Of a stretch of DNA of 64,000 nt, positions 45,108-53,936 are shown piece by piece; position 1 is the stretch's first letter, and each line of letters begins with the position of its first letter. The position numbers and the translations under genes are program-made. The stretch lies in the NCBI GenBank assembly GCA_013202965.1, contig JABMQZ010000178.1, positions 24,344 to 88,343 on the forward strand, read 5' to 3'. The notes below the pieces were generated by a model. The model saw only the letters and a list, made by a program, of their open reading frames with translations, ran no database searches and was not told the DNA's origin. The DNA comes from Bacteroidota bacterium. Its GTDB lineage: Bacteria > Bacteroidota > Bacteroidia > Bacteroidales > B18-G4.

Positions 45108-46097
45108 ATGATCAACCGACGCAAATTCATTTCACGCACAGCCCTGGCTGCCATGGGAATCCTGGCCATTCCTGCCTGGCTGAGGGCAGTGAAGGCCGCA
45201 AGCCCTGTTTTTCCCCTCAGGGGCAATACCCCCATGGTCATATCTACCTGGAATCATGGCTATGAGGCCAATGAAGCTGCATGGAAAGTGTTGGAAAGCG
45301 GAGGTTCAGCAGTTGATGCGGTCGAACAGGGGGTGCGTGTTCCCGAAGCAGATCCTGACAACCTCAGTGTTGGCCTCGGTGGCCTTCCCGACCGCGACGG
45401 ACATGTTACCCTGGATGCCTCTATCATGAAAGGGAATGGAGAATGTGGCTCTGTCACCTTTCTCGAACATATCAAACACCCTATCTCTGTGGCACGCCTG
45501 GTTATGGATAAAACCCCTCATGTGATCCTTTCAGGAGAAGGTGCTTTGCAGTTTGCCCTGGAAAATGGTTTCGGGAAGGAAAACCTGCTTACGGAAAAGG
45601 CTAAAAAAGCATGGGAAGAATGGCTTGTAAAAGCTGAGTATGAACCGGTCATCAACATTGAGAATCATGATACCATAGGCATGCTGGCCATCGATAAACA
45701 ACATCATATTGCCGGAGCCTGTACCACCAGCGGAGTGAGTTTTAAAATGCATGGCCGTGTGGGGGATTCACCCGTGATAGGGGCAGGCCTCTACGCTGAT
45801 GATGAAGTGGGGGCAGCAACGGCTACCGGAATGGGTGAGCTTGTCCTGAAAACCCTGGGGTCGTTCCTTCTTGTTGAATTCATGCGAAATGGCTATTCTC
45901 CCCAAGAAGCCTGTGAAGAAGGGATCAAGCGGATCGTTGAAAAGATCCCGGGATATGAGAACTTTCAGATCGGCTACCTGGCAGTGAATACCAGCGGGGA
46001 AACAGGGGCATATGCCATCCATAAAGGCTTTAATTATGCCCTCTTCCGCGATGGAAAATTCGAACTGATAGACAGCGATTATTATTTGAAATCTTAA
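45108..46097 (+). CDS. N4-(beta-N-acetylglucosaminyl)-L-asparaginase (glycosylasparaginase, Ntn hydrolase)
   Basis: 329 aa with a twin-arginine-type signal (MINRRKFISRTALAAMG). The autoproteolysis site context is NHDT-IGMLAID, and GAGLYAD...ATATGMGE is present. Confidence 0.85.
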   Translation: MINRRKFISRTALAAMGILAIPAWLRAVKAASPVFPLRGNTPMVISTWNHGYEANEAAWKVLESGGSAVDAVEQGVRVPEADPDNLSVGLGGLPDRDGHVTLDASIMKGNGECGSVTFLEHIKHPISVARLVMDKTPHVILSGEGALQFALENGFGKENLLTEKAKKAWEEWLVKAEYEPVINIENHDTIGMLAIDKQHHIAGACTTSGVSFKMHGRVGDSPVIGAGLYADDEVGAATATGMGELVLKTLGSFLLVEFMRNGYSPQEACEEGIKRIVEKIPGYENFQIGYLAVNTSGETGAYAIHKGFNYALFRDGKFELIDSDYYLKS

Positions 46098-46108
46098 TAC
46101 ATATCACC

Positions 46109-48421
46109 ATGAAAACGAAGTACCTTTTTCTGCTTGCCATCGGACTCCTCTTCCTGGCGAGCTGTAATCCCCCATCCAATAAAGATATTAATATCATCCC
46201 GCAGCCGGCCAATGCCTACGTTAAACCCGAATCTTTTACCATTGATTCGGAAACCCGCATCATCACACAGACTGAGCAATCAGATGTCGTAGCCATTTGC
46301 GAGTACTTCAATGACTTTATTGAGCATGCTGCCGGTTTCAGGCTGGAAGTCGTGGATGATGAAGAGGTACAAAGCTTTTCAGGTGATATCGTGATCACCA
46401 CCTATAATGCGGATAGCACATGGGATGATGAAACCTATAAACTGGATGTTTCCGGAAGCAGTTCGGTGGTCTTGCAGGCAAAAACACCCGCCGGGCTTTT
46501 TTATGGGGTGCAAACAATACTGCAGCTGCTGCCGCCTGAAATTGTCAGCAAGACAGTCGTTGAGGATATAGAACTTGATATGCCTTCTGTATATGTTTAT
46601 GACTTTCCTCGCTTTGAATGGAGGGGAATGCACCTTGATGTTTGCAGGCATTTCTTTCCCAAGGAGTTCATAAAAAAGTACCTGGATCTGATGGCCATGT
46701 ACAAGATGAATATGTTTCATTGGCACCTGACCGAAGATCAAGGCTGGAGGATTGAGATCAAAAAATATCCGGAGCTCGCAAAAGTGTCTGCCTGGCGCAC
46801 CGAAGCCGATGGCAGTGTGTACGGTGGTTATTATACCCAGGATGATATCCGGGAGATCGTAGAATATGCCGGACAAAGGCAGATCACCATTATCCCTGAA
46901 ATCGAGATGCCCGGCCATTCTATTGCTGCACTTGCAGCATACCCGGAACTGTCCTGCACAGGAGGCCCGTTTGAGGTGGCTACGATCTGGGGGGTGAAAG
47001 AGGATGTGTATTGTGCCGGAAATGAAAAAACCTTCGAGTTTCTGGAAAATGTACTGCTGGAGGTAATGGAGCTATTCCCCGGTGAGTACATTCATATAGG
47101 TGGGGATGAATGTCCGAAAAACAGATGGCAGCATTGTTCAAAATGCCAGGCAAGGATACGGAAAGAAGGCCTGGCAGATGAATTTGAACTGCAAAGTTAT
47201 TTCATTAAGCGTATTGAGACTTTCCTGAATGAGCATGGCCGCAAGTTGATTGGCTGGGATGAGATCCTCGAAGGCGGGCTTGCTCCTGAAGCCACCGTGA
47301 TGTCGTGGCGGGGTGAGGAAGGCGGGATTAAAGCTGCACAGATGGGCCACGATGTGGTGATGACACCAAATTCAAATTGTTATTTCGACCATTATCAGGC
47401 TGATCCGTCCACGCAGCCCAAAGCCATCGGTGGATTTACCACCCTCAGGGATGTATATCACTACAATCCGGTGCCTGCCGAGCTGAATGATGCAGAACAA
47501 GAGCATATCCTTGGTGCCCAAGGCAATGTCTGGACAGAATACATTGCCACTCCTGAATATGCTGAATATATGGCTGTACCCAGGATGATCGCTCTTGCAG
47601 AGGTAGACTGGTCAACGGAAAAAAGGATCGACTGGGAGCGATTCATGAGAAAAATGGATTTTCATTTTAAGCGATTGGATATCATGGGTGTGAACTATTG
47701 CGATGCCGTCTTTGAGGTTGAGATCACCCTGGAATATGACGAACAAAATAAAGCAGTGATGATACAACTGGAATCGGAACTGGAAGAAGCGGAGATACGG
47801 TATACCCTCGATGGTTCTGATCCCGGGGTGGATGCTACAGTATACGATACACTATTTAAATTGGAAAGATCTGCTATCGTCAAGGCTCGTGTTTTTGTTA
47901 ACGAAGAGATGAAAGGCCATATTTCTGAACGCGAGATAAAAATGCATCAAGGGATAGGCAAACACTTATCTTATAGAAACGATTACAGTGATAAGTACAC
48001 GGCAGGCGGAGACCATGGCCTGCTAAATGGCATCCGGGGCTCGGTGCATCATAATGACGGGCAATGGCAGGGCTTCAGGGGTGATGATGTTGAAGTGGTG
48101 ATCGATCTTGGAGGTGTATCCACCATTAAAAGCATTACTGTCGGTTTTCTGCAAAATATGACCACCTGGATATTCATGCCCTCTACTGTGAGTTTCCTGG
48201 TATCAGATTCAGATTCGGATTTCAAAAGTGTGGGTGAGTTTATTAACAGCATCCCCATGGAGAACAAGGAAAGCATGGTGAAAAATTTCTCCAGAAATTA
48301 CACTGACTTACATGCAAGGTATATTAAGGTCATTGCCAAAAACCCGGGGCCCTGTCCGGATTGGCATCCGGGAGCAGGAAGTCCGTCCTGGGTGTTTGTG
48401 GATGAAATAATTATTGAATAA
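46109..48421 (+). CDS. GH20 beta-N-acetylhexosaminidase with chitobiase-C-like and F5/8 type C (discoidin) C-terminal modules (lipoprotein)
   Basis: 770 aa with a lipobox (LFLASCN). MFHWHLTEDQGWR and HIGGDE (the Asp-Glu catalytic pair) are present, with a C-terminal discoidin-like domain. Confidence 0.9.
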   Translation: MKTKYLFLLAIGLLFLASCNPPSNKDINIIPQPANAYVKPESFTIDSETRIITQTEQSDVVAICEYFNDFIEHAAGFRLEVVDDEEVQSFSGDIVITTYNADSTWDDETYKLDVSGSSSVVLQAKTPAGLFYGVQTILQLLPPEIVSKTVVEDIELDMPSVYVYDFPRFEWRGMHLDVCRHFFPKEFIKKYLDLMAMYKMNMFHWHLTEDQGWRIEIKKYPELAKVSAWRTEADGSVYGGYYTQDDIREIVEYAGQRQITIIPEIEMPGHSIAALAAYPELSCTGGPFEVATIWGVKEDVYCAGNEKTFEFLENVLLEVMELFPGEYIHIGGDECPKNRWQHCSKCQARIRKEGLADEFELQSYFIKRIETFLNEHGRKLIGWDEILEGGLAPEATVMSWRGEEGGIKAAQMGHDVVMTPNSNCYFDHYQADPSTQPKAIGGFTTLRDVYHYNPVPAELNDAEQEHILGAQGNVWTEYIATPEYAEYMAVPRMIALAEVDWSTEKRIDWERFMRKMDFHFKRLDIMGVNYCDAVFEVEITLEYDEQNKAVMIQLESELEEAEIRYTLDGSDPGVDATVYDTLFKLERSAIVKARVFVNEEMKGHISEREIKMHQGIGKHLSYRNDYSDKYTAGGDHGLLNGIRGSVHHNDGQWQGFRGDDVEVVIDLGGVSTIKSITVGFLQNMTTWIFMPSTVSFLVSDSDSDFKSVGEFINSIPMENKESMVKNFSRNYTDLHARYIKVIAKNPGPCPDWHPGAGSPSWVFVDEIIIE

Positions 48422-48515
48422 GTTCCAGGCTTTACATGATTTAAGAGGTAAAATTGTATAATGTTTTGGATTTTGGAACTTGGATTTTTTAAAAACTGCT
48501 TGTTAAGTACTGAGG

Positions 48516-49412
48516 ATGAAAAGCACCACCCTTAAATCTGACAGCCTGCTTCTACTAACATCTTTGATTTGGGGCCTCGCTTTCGTTGCACAGCGGCTTG
48601 GGATGGATTATGTGGGGCCGTTTATCTTTAACGGAATACGTTTTGCGCTGGGAGCGATGGCCATCGTTCTTTTCATTTATTTTTCACGCAGGAATAATAA
48701 TGTTTCAGGAGAAAAAAGCTCACAGGGCAATAAATTATTGCTGCGTGGCGGGCTCATCCTGGGCCTTGTGCTTTTTGGCGGTGCTACTTTCCAGCAATTT
48801 GGAATGGTTTACACTACTGCATCTAATGCAGGTTTCATCACCGGGTTATATGTTGTGATCGTTCCCATCCTGGGCTTGCTCAGGAAACAATATCCCCACT
48901 TCACGATATGGATTGCGTCATTGCTTGCTGCCGCGGGATTGTACCTTTTAAGTGTCACCGAAGGTTTTTCTATTTTCTTTGGTGACTTGCTGGTGTTGAT
49001 CGGGGCGGTATTCTGGGCTGTACATGTGGTCATCATCGGAGTGCTGTCACCTAAAGTAAATGCGCTCAAACTAGCATTGATCCAATACCTGGTATGCTCG
49101 GTACTAAGCACCATCCTTGCGTTCAGCACTGAACAAAATACCCTGGAAGGGGTGCTTGATGCAAGCATTCCGATACTCTATGGTGGATTATTGTCTGTTG
49201 GTATTGCATATACCCTCCAGATAATTGCACAGAAGAAAGCACCCCCGGCACATGCTGCCATTATCCTCAGTCTGGAGGCGGTTTTTGCAGCATTGGGTGG
49301 ATGGATCATCCTGAATGAACAGCTTGGCAGCAGGGAACTGGCCGGCTGTGCGCTGATGATGCTTGGCATACTGGTGGCACAGTATTGTTCTTTCATGAAA
49401 AGGAAGTGTTAG
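48516..49412 (+). CDS. EamA/DMT-family transporter
   Basis: 298 aa with about 10 TM helices in two EamA-like halves (SLIWGLAFVAQR...). Confidence 0.8.
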   Translation: MKSTTLKSDSLLLLTSLIWGLAFVAQRLGMDYVGPFIFNGIRFALGAMAIVLFIYFSRRNNNVSGEKSSQGNKLLLRGGLILGLVLFGGATFQQFGMVYTTASNAGFITGLYVVIVPILGLLRKQYPHFTIWIASLLAAAGLYLLSVTEGFSIFFGDLLVLIGAVFWAVHVVIIGVLSPKVNALKLALIQYLVCSVLSTILAFSTEQNTLEGVLDASIPILYGGLLSVGIAYTLQIIAQKKAPPAHAAIILSLEAVFAALGGWIILNEQLGSRELAGCALMMLGILVAQYCSFMKRKC

Positions 49413-49474
49413 ACTGGAAATATCAATTCGATCTCTCACCTAAAAATCATAATTTTATGGCGGGAATTGCGTTG

Positions 49475-49482
49475 TAACTTTG
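49475..49482 (+). promoter_or_regulatory. Candidate -7 promoter box (TAACTTTG)
   Basis: Matches TAnnTTTG, 21 nt upstream of the ATG at 49503. It lies inside the TTG-extended ORF of the track, which supports the shorter gene model. Confidence 0.4.
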
Positions 49483-49502
49483 CCCAAATTAGTATACGAG
49501 AT

Positions 49503-51077
49503 ATGATGAAACGAATTGCATTTTGCACCCCGATAATCTTTCTTTTATTCTCTTACCAGATATATGCACAGCATATCAGCATTGAACCCGGGCCTGATAA
49601 TGATACGATCTCCACAAATGTGTCCGGTACACCTTTGTATTATTTCAGGAGCGCTACAGCTGGCATTGTTTTGCTGAAGAACCATGGTGGACTTCTTCCA
49701 CTCGACACAAGTCAGATAAATTCGATTGCCCTGATCGGTCCGTCACTGTTTTTTTCCGGTGCCGGAGAAGGTAAAAGCCCTGAGGTAGATTTAACAAATG
49801 CCGTTTCCCCATACGAAGGAATTAAAAAATATGTTGGTGATGCAGTTTTCCTATACACAGCACAGGGAGTTAACATTAAAAATGATGTTGCACCACTCGA
49901 CACCTCATTCGTATATATCGGACAGGGCGTAAATGGATTTTCTGCCAAGTATTATAATAAGCTGAAAGCCTCCGGATCTCCCGCCAAATTTGCTATAGAT
50001 AAACAGATTGATTTCAGCTGGGGGTACGCACTTCCACACGCCGAAATAATTTCCAGTGAGTTCTCTGTCAAGTGGGATGCAAGCCTCATCCCACCTCATG
50101 GTGGCCAGGTGAAGGTGAAATTAATACATAATGACGGCTGCAGGCTGTTCCTGGATGGAAAACTCATGATTGATGCATGGAAATCCGGGCCGGTGAGGAT
50201 AGATTCTGCCTGGCTGAATATTGAGAAAGGTGGGTCGTATAACTTGCAGATCGATTATTTCTCGGATGGTGGGCCTGCGCAGATTAAGTTCGGAATTGAT
50301 TACCTGATCGATAATATGATCGCCAATGCAGTTGAAAAAGCCCGCAGGGCTGATGTGACCATCATTTTTGTCAGGCAGCCCCTCGACTTCGAATATAACC
50401 ATAATAGCCGGGGGCTTTATTGCATCCCAAACCAATCAAGGTTGATCAGGGCCGTTTACGAAGCTAACCCGAATACTATAGTTGTGTTGCAAACGAATGA
50501 TTCTGTGGATATTGAGGCTTGGGTTTTCGATATACCTGCCATCATCCAGGCCTGGACACCCAGGCAGAAAAGCGGTGCAGAGATTGCAGAAGTATTGTTT
50601 GGAGAAGTCAATCCCGGTAGTAAACTTCCACACAGATGGGTAATGAGTGAGAATCAGAATTTCGATACCCGTTTCCCTTTAGGATATGGTATGACCTATA
50701 CTACTTTTGGCATTGGTAAACTGATGATGAGGCGAAACCAGAACGACAGTGGATGGATAGCCACTGTTGAGATCCGCAATGTGGGTGAGCGGGCCGGATC
50801 AGAAACTCTGCAAGTGTATATAAATGATCCTGAAAGAGATATAGAAAAAGCTGAAAAAGAGCTTATGGCTTTTAAAAGGGTCACACTCTTTCCGGGACAA
50901 AAAAAGACTGTTGCGATTCCGCTGCCATACGAAGCATTTTCATATTATAATGAGGAAGATGGAAGATGGACCATTGACCCCGGCAAGTATGAAATACTGA
51001 TTGGCACTTCCTCGGAAGAGATCAAACTCAGGAAAACGATAGAGATAAAAGAAGAACACATAGATCAATGGCAATGA
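49503..51077 (+). CDS. GH3 C-terminal domain / PA14 / Fn3-like protein lacking the GH3 N-terminal catalytic domain
   Basis: The signal peptide is followed directly by the start of the GH3 C-domain (VLLKNHGGLLPLD...IALIGP). A PA14-like insert follows (FSAKYYN...CRLFLDGKLMIDAW), then the rest of the C-domain (IVVLQTN...EVLFGEVNPGSKLP) and an Fn3-like end (TLQVYINDP...). No TIM-barrel domain is encoded upstream. Confidence 0.75.
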   Translation: MMKRIAFCTPIIFLLFSYQIYAQHISIEPGPDNDTISTNVSGTPLYYFRSATAGIVLLKNHGGLLPLDTSQINSIALIGPSLFFSGAGEGKSPEVDLTNAVSPYEGIKKYVGDAVFLYTAQGVNIKNDVAPLDTSFVYIGQGVNGFSAKYYNKLKASGSPAKFAIDKQIDFSWGYALPHAEIISSEFSVKWDASLIPPHGGQVKVKLIHNDGCRLFLDGKLMIDAWKSGPVRIDSAWLNIEKGGSYNLQIDYFSDGGPAQIKFGIDYLIDNMIANAVEKARRADVTIIFVRQPLDFEYNHNSRGLYCIPNQSRLIRAVYEANPNTIVVLQTNDSVDIEAWVFDIPAIIQAWTPRQKSGAEIAEVLFGEVNPGSKLPHRWVMSENQNFDTRFPLGYGMTYTTFGIGKLMMRRNQNDSGWIATVEIRNVGERAGSETLQVYINDPERDIEKAEKELMAFKRVTLFPGQKKTVAIPLPYEAFSYYNEEDGRWTIDPGKYEILIGTSSEEIKLRKTIEIKEEHIDQWQ

Positions 51078-51227
51078 TACCTGAAGATTGATTGCCATTA
51101 CTACATAGCGGTTGTTTAAATGTATCCCAAAACATAAAAATGTACTATTATTGTACTGCAGTTAAAAAAACCATCCTTGCTTGGCACCTACAGTACAGAT
51201 TGTGAAATTAATTTATTGAACAAACTT

Positions 51228-53936
51228 ATGATAAAGACAAAATCCGGCAGTTCCTGCCTTGCAATAATATTACAGATTATCCTTACTGCTGTTATTTCTT
51301 CACAGGTGTTTTCCAGCAACGAATATATGGCCTTGAGTCGCTATGATTATTATACTACGGAGGAAACAGTGGAACTCATCGTATGGGTTCCTGAATCAAA
51401 ATCAGGGCTTTCTGTCAATATTGACGTGGTCTTTGAATATGACTTTCTCGCCAAAGGTGAAAATGTTGTTGCGGGGCAGATGAATATTTTTTCTTTCCCC
51501 TTTGAGAAATTTCATTTGGGAAGCAATGAGATTACTGTATCCTATAATGAACATGGGAAATGGGTGGATTCAGATAAAGTGGAACTGATCATCAGGGCAG
51601 ATCAGTACAATGCAGTGAAGATTGATCGTGCAAGCGGGGGGCTGATCGTGGAAGGATTGCCGTTTTTCCCCTTCGGGTTCTACAATTATTCCCCGGTACA
51701 GCCAGGCCTGGCTGAAGAAGAGGTAGTGCAGGGTTTCAATATGATGTCTCCCTACCAGAAGATCGAAGGAAAAACTTTGAAGCAGCGAAAAACCTATATG
51801 GACCGCTGTGCCGCGCTTGGGATGAAAGTGAATTACAACCTGCTCAGCCTGGCCGGTGGAGGCGGAGTTGCTTCCAAAAAATATGATAAACTCAGCCGCT
51901 CTAAGCAGATCAAAATGCTGAGAAAAGAAATAGAAACTTTCAGGGATCACCCTGCACTATTGTCATGGTATATCAGCGATGAACCCGTTGGACAGGGCGT
52001 TCCTCCGGATTCACTGCGCTATGCCTATGATTTGATCAAAGAACTGGATCCATACCATCCGATTACTATTGTATTCATGAGTCCCTGGATGGCAAAAGAC
52101 TACAGCCATGTGATGGATATTGTGATGGCCGATCCGTATCCCATTCCTCAAGGCAGTGTTGATGAGGTGGGGGCAACGGCTGCCCTGCTCCATTCAGAAT
52201 TCTTTCTCAGTAAGCCGGTATGGATTGTGCCACAGGCTTTTGGCGGCAATGAATGGTGGCTGCGCGAACCCACCAAACAGGAACTGCGTGCCATGACATA
52301 CCTGGGCATTGTGAACAAGGCCATGGGGATACAGTATTTTGTCAGGCATGGATTAAACTCATTCCCCAAATCTACCGTAGCATGGAATGAATGTGCAGCC
52401 ATCTCCCTGGAAATTGCCGAGCTGACTCCTTTCCTTTTTTCAGCTGATCCGGCACCTGATATCTCCTGCGAAGAAATCAATGTTCAATTAAAAGCGTACC
52501 ATAAGGATGGCTCTTTTGTCATTATTGCAGTGAATACAGTCAACAAACCCCTTGAATATAGTTTTATCCTGGATGGAATGAATTACTCAGGCTCGGCAGG
52601 CGTTCTGTTTGAAGACAGAAGAGTGGGCGTGAATATAGGCCGGGTGGAAGATATTATTGATGCGTATGGTACAAGGGTTTACCAGATCAGGTATAAGCTG
52701 GGTATGAGCAAAGCTGCGAAACTTTATTACAAAAATATTATCAAAGATCCGAGCTTTGAAGATATCACTGGGACCGGCGTCCCTGCTTCATGTTATGCCA
52801 GGCCTCAGGGGGAAAGGGGTGCTACCTATTTTATTGATTCCAGAACCTCAGCGCGCGGGAATCACTCTCTGAGACTTACCACGCCTACCTCAAACGAGGG
52901 GATGTCCCTTTCCTTTTACCGTTTGAGAATAGAACCGGGACAGAGTTATACCATGAGCGTACAGGCCAAAGCCCTCCCGCTCAAATTTCGTGAAAAGATC
53001 CATAAATGTTTTTTTAAGCGCCTCTGTGGTTGTGGGCCTGATGAAGAGGATTATCCGGAATTCAGCATGTCGTTTGGATCCAATTGTGAAGAATCATTTA
53101 TCCCGGACGGGGAATGGAATGAATACTCCTTTAGCTGTATTCCCATCCCGGAGTATGGAGTAAATCAGCTTTCACCTGTATTGAAACTGGATGGCAAAGG
53201 CACGGCCTGGTTTGACCTGCTGCAACTTTATCCGGATATGAAGATCACATCATCGGTGAATAAGGAGAATAATAATATCATGCTCAACATCACAACGGTT
53301 CATAAGAATGCAGATATTTATTATAGTCTGGATGGATCTGAGCCCGGACCCGCTTCAGATAAGTATACAAGAAATATCGTGCTCAGCGAAGCTGCCACCA
53401 TTAGGGCCACCGCATACAAAGAGGGCATTCGTGTAGGAAATATTGAAAGGTACTTTGAAATAAATATGGCCATTGGCCGCTATGTGGATTATAAATACAA
53501 ATATTCCCCTAAATACAATGCCGGCTATAACAATGGCCTGGTGGATGGCATCCTGGCTTCTGCCGATTTCAAGGATGAAAAATGGCAGGGATTTGAAGGT
53601 GAAGACTTTGATGTGGTGATCAACCTGGGAAAGTTAAAACACATTTCAGAGATAGAACTGCATTTCCTGCAGGATAAAGCTTCATGGATTTTCTTCCCCA
53701 CCGGGATAAAAGTATTATGGTCGGCGAATGGAAATGATTTTTATGAATTAGAGCATGATGTTCGCGAGAGAATTGATTACGAAGATCCCCATATTTACAA
53801 GTACAATTTAAAAAGTGATGGCATCGAAGCAAGATATTTTCGCATCATTGCCGGAAATATTGGAGTCTGCCCTGAAGGCCATCCGGGTGCAGGAGGAAAA
53901 GCATGGCTGTTTACCGATGAAATAATCATACGATAA
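51228..53936 (+). CDS. Unassigned glycoside-hydrolase-like multidomain protein (beta-sandwich, TIM-barrel-like, CBM4/9-like, chitobiase-C-like, F5/8 type C)
   Basis: 902 aa from the ATG at 51228; the track starts at a TTG at 51177. It has a signal peptide. A TIM-barrel-like region carries HPALLSWYISDEP. A CBM-like segment reads NIIKDPSFED...GNHSLRL. The C-terminal ~210 aa aligns by eye with the GH20 tail. Confidence 0.7.
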   Translation: MIKTKSGSSCLAIILQIILTAVISSQVFSSNEYMALSRYDYYTTEETVELIVWVPESKSGLSVNIDVVFEYDFLAKGENVVAGQMNIFSFPFEKFHLGSNEITVSYNEHGKWVDSDKVELIIRADQYNAVKIDRASGGLIVEGLPFFPFGFYNYSPVQPGLAEEEVVQGFNMMSPYQKIEGKTLKQRKTYMDRCAALGMKVNYNLLSLAGGGGVASKKYDKLSRSKQIKMLRKEIETFRDHPALLSWYISDEPVGQGVPPDSLRYAYDLIKELDPYHPITIVFMSPWMAKDYSHVMDIVMADPYPIPQGSVDEVGATAALLHSEFFLSKPVWIVPQAFGGNEWWLREPTKQELRAMTYLGIVNKAMGIQYFVRHGLNSFPKSTVAWNECAAISLEIAELTPFLFSADPAPDISCEEINVQLKAYHKDGSFVIIAVNTVNKPLEYSFILDGMNYSGSAGVLFEDRRVGVNIGRVEDIIDAYGTRVYQIRYKLGMSKAAKLYYKNIIKDPSFEDITGTGVPASCYARPQGERGATYFIDSRTSARGNHSLRLTTPTSNEGMSLSFYRLRIEPGQSYTMSVQAKALPLKFREKIHKCFFKRLCGCGPDEEDYPEFSMSFGSNCEESFIPDGEWNEYSFSCIPIPEYGVNQLSPVLKLDGKGTAWFDLLQLYPDMKITSSVNKENNNIMLNITTVHKNADIYYSLDGSEPGPASDKYTRNIVLSEAATIRATAYKEGIRVGNIERYFEINMAIGRYVDYKYKYSPKYNAGYNNGLVDGILASADFKDEKWQGFEGEDFDVVINLGKLKHISEIELHFLQDKASWIFFPTGIKVLWSANGNDFYELEHDVRERIDYEDPHIYKYNLKSDGIEARYFRIIAGNIGVCPEGHPGAGGKAWLFTDEIIIR

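Noticed and set aside
49467-49502. Extended N-termini from non-ATG starts in the ORF track (49467 TTG, 51177 TTG, 39510 GTG, 5841 TTG)
   Set aside because: In each case a downstream ATG gives a normal signal peptide or family-typical N-terminus. At 49475 a -7 promoter box lies inside the extension. Shorter models were adopted.
51140-51200. Imperfect inverted repeat tgtactgcag...ctacagtaca upstream of the 902 aa gene
   Set aside because: It is a 10 bp stem with a mismatch and a ~26 nt loop. That is within chance expectation for AT-rich intergenic DNA, and there is no supporting context.
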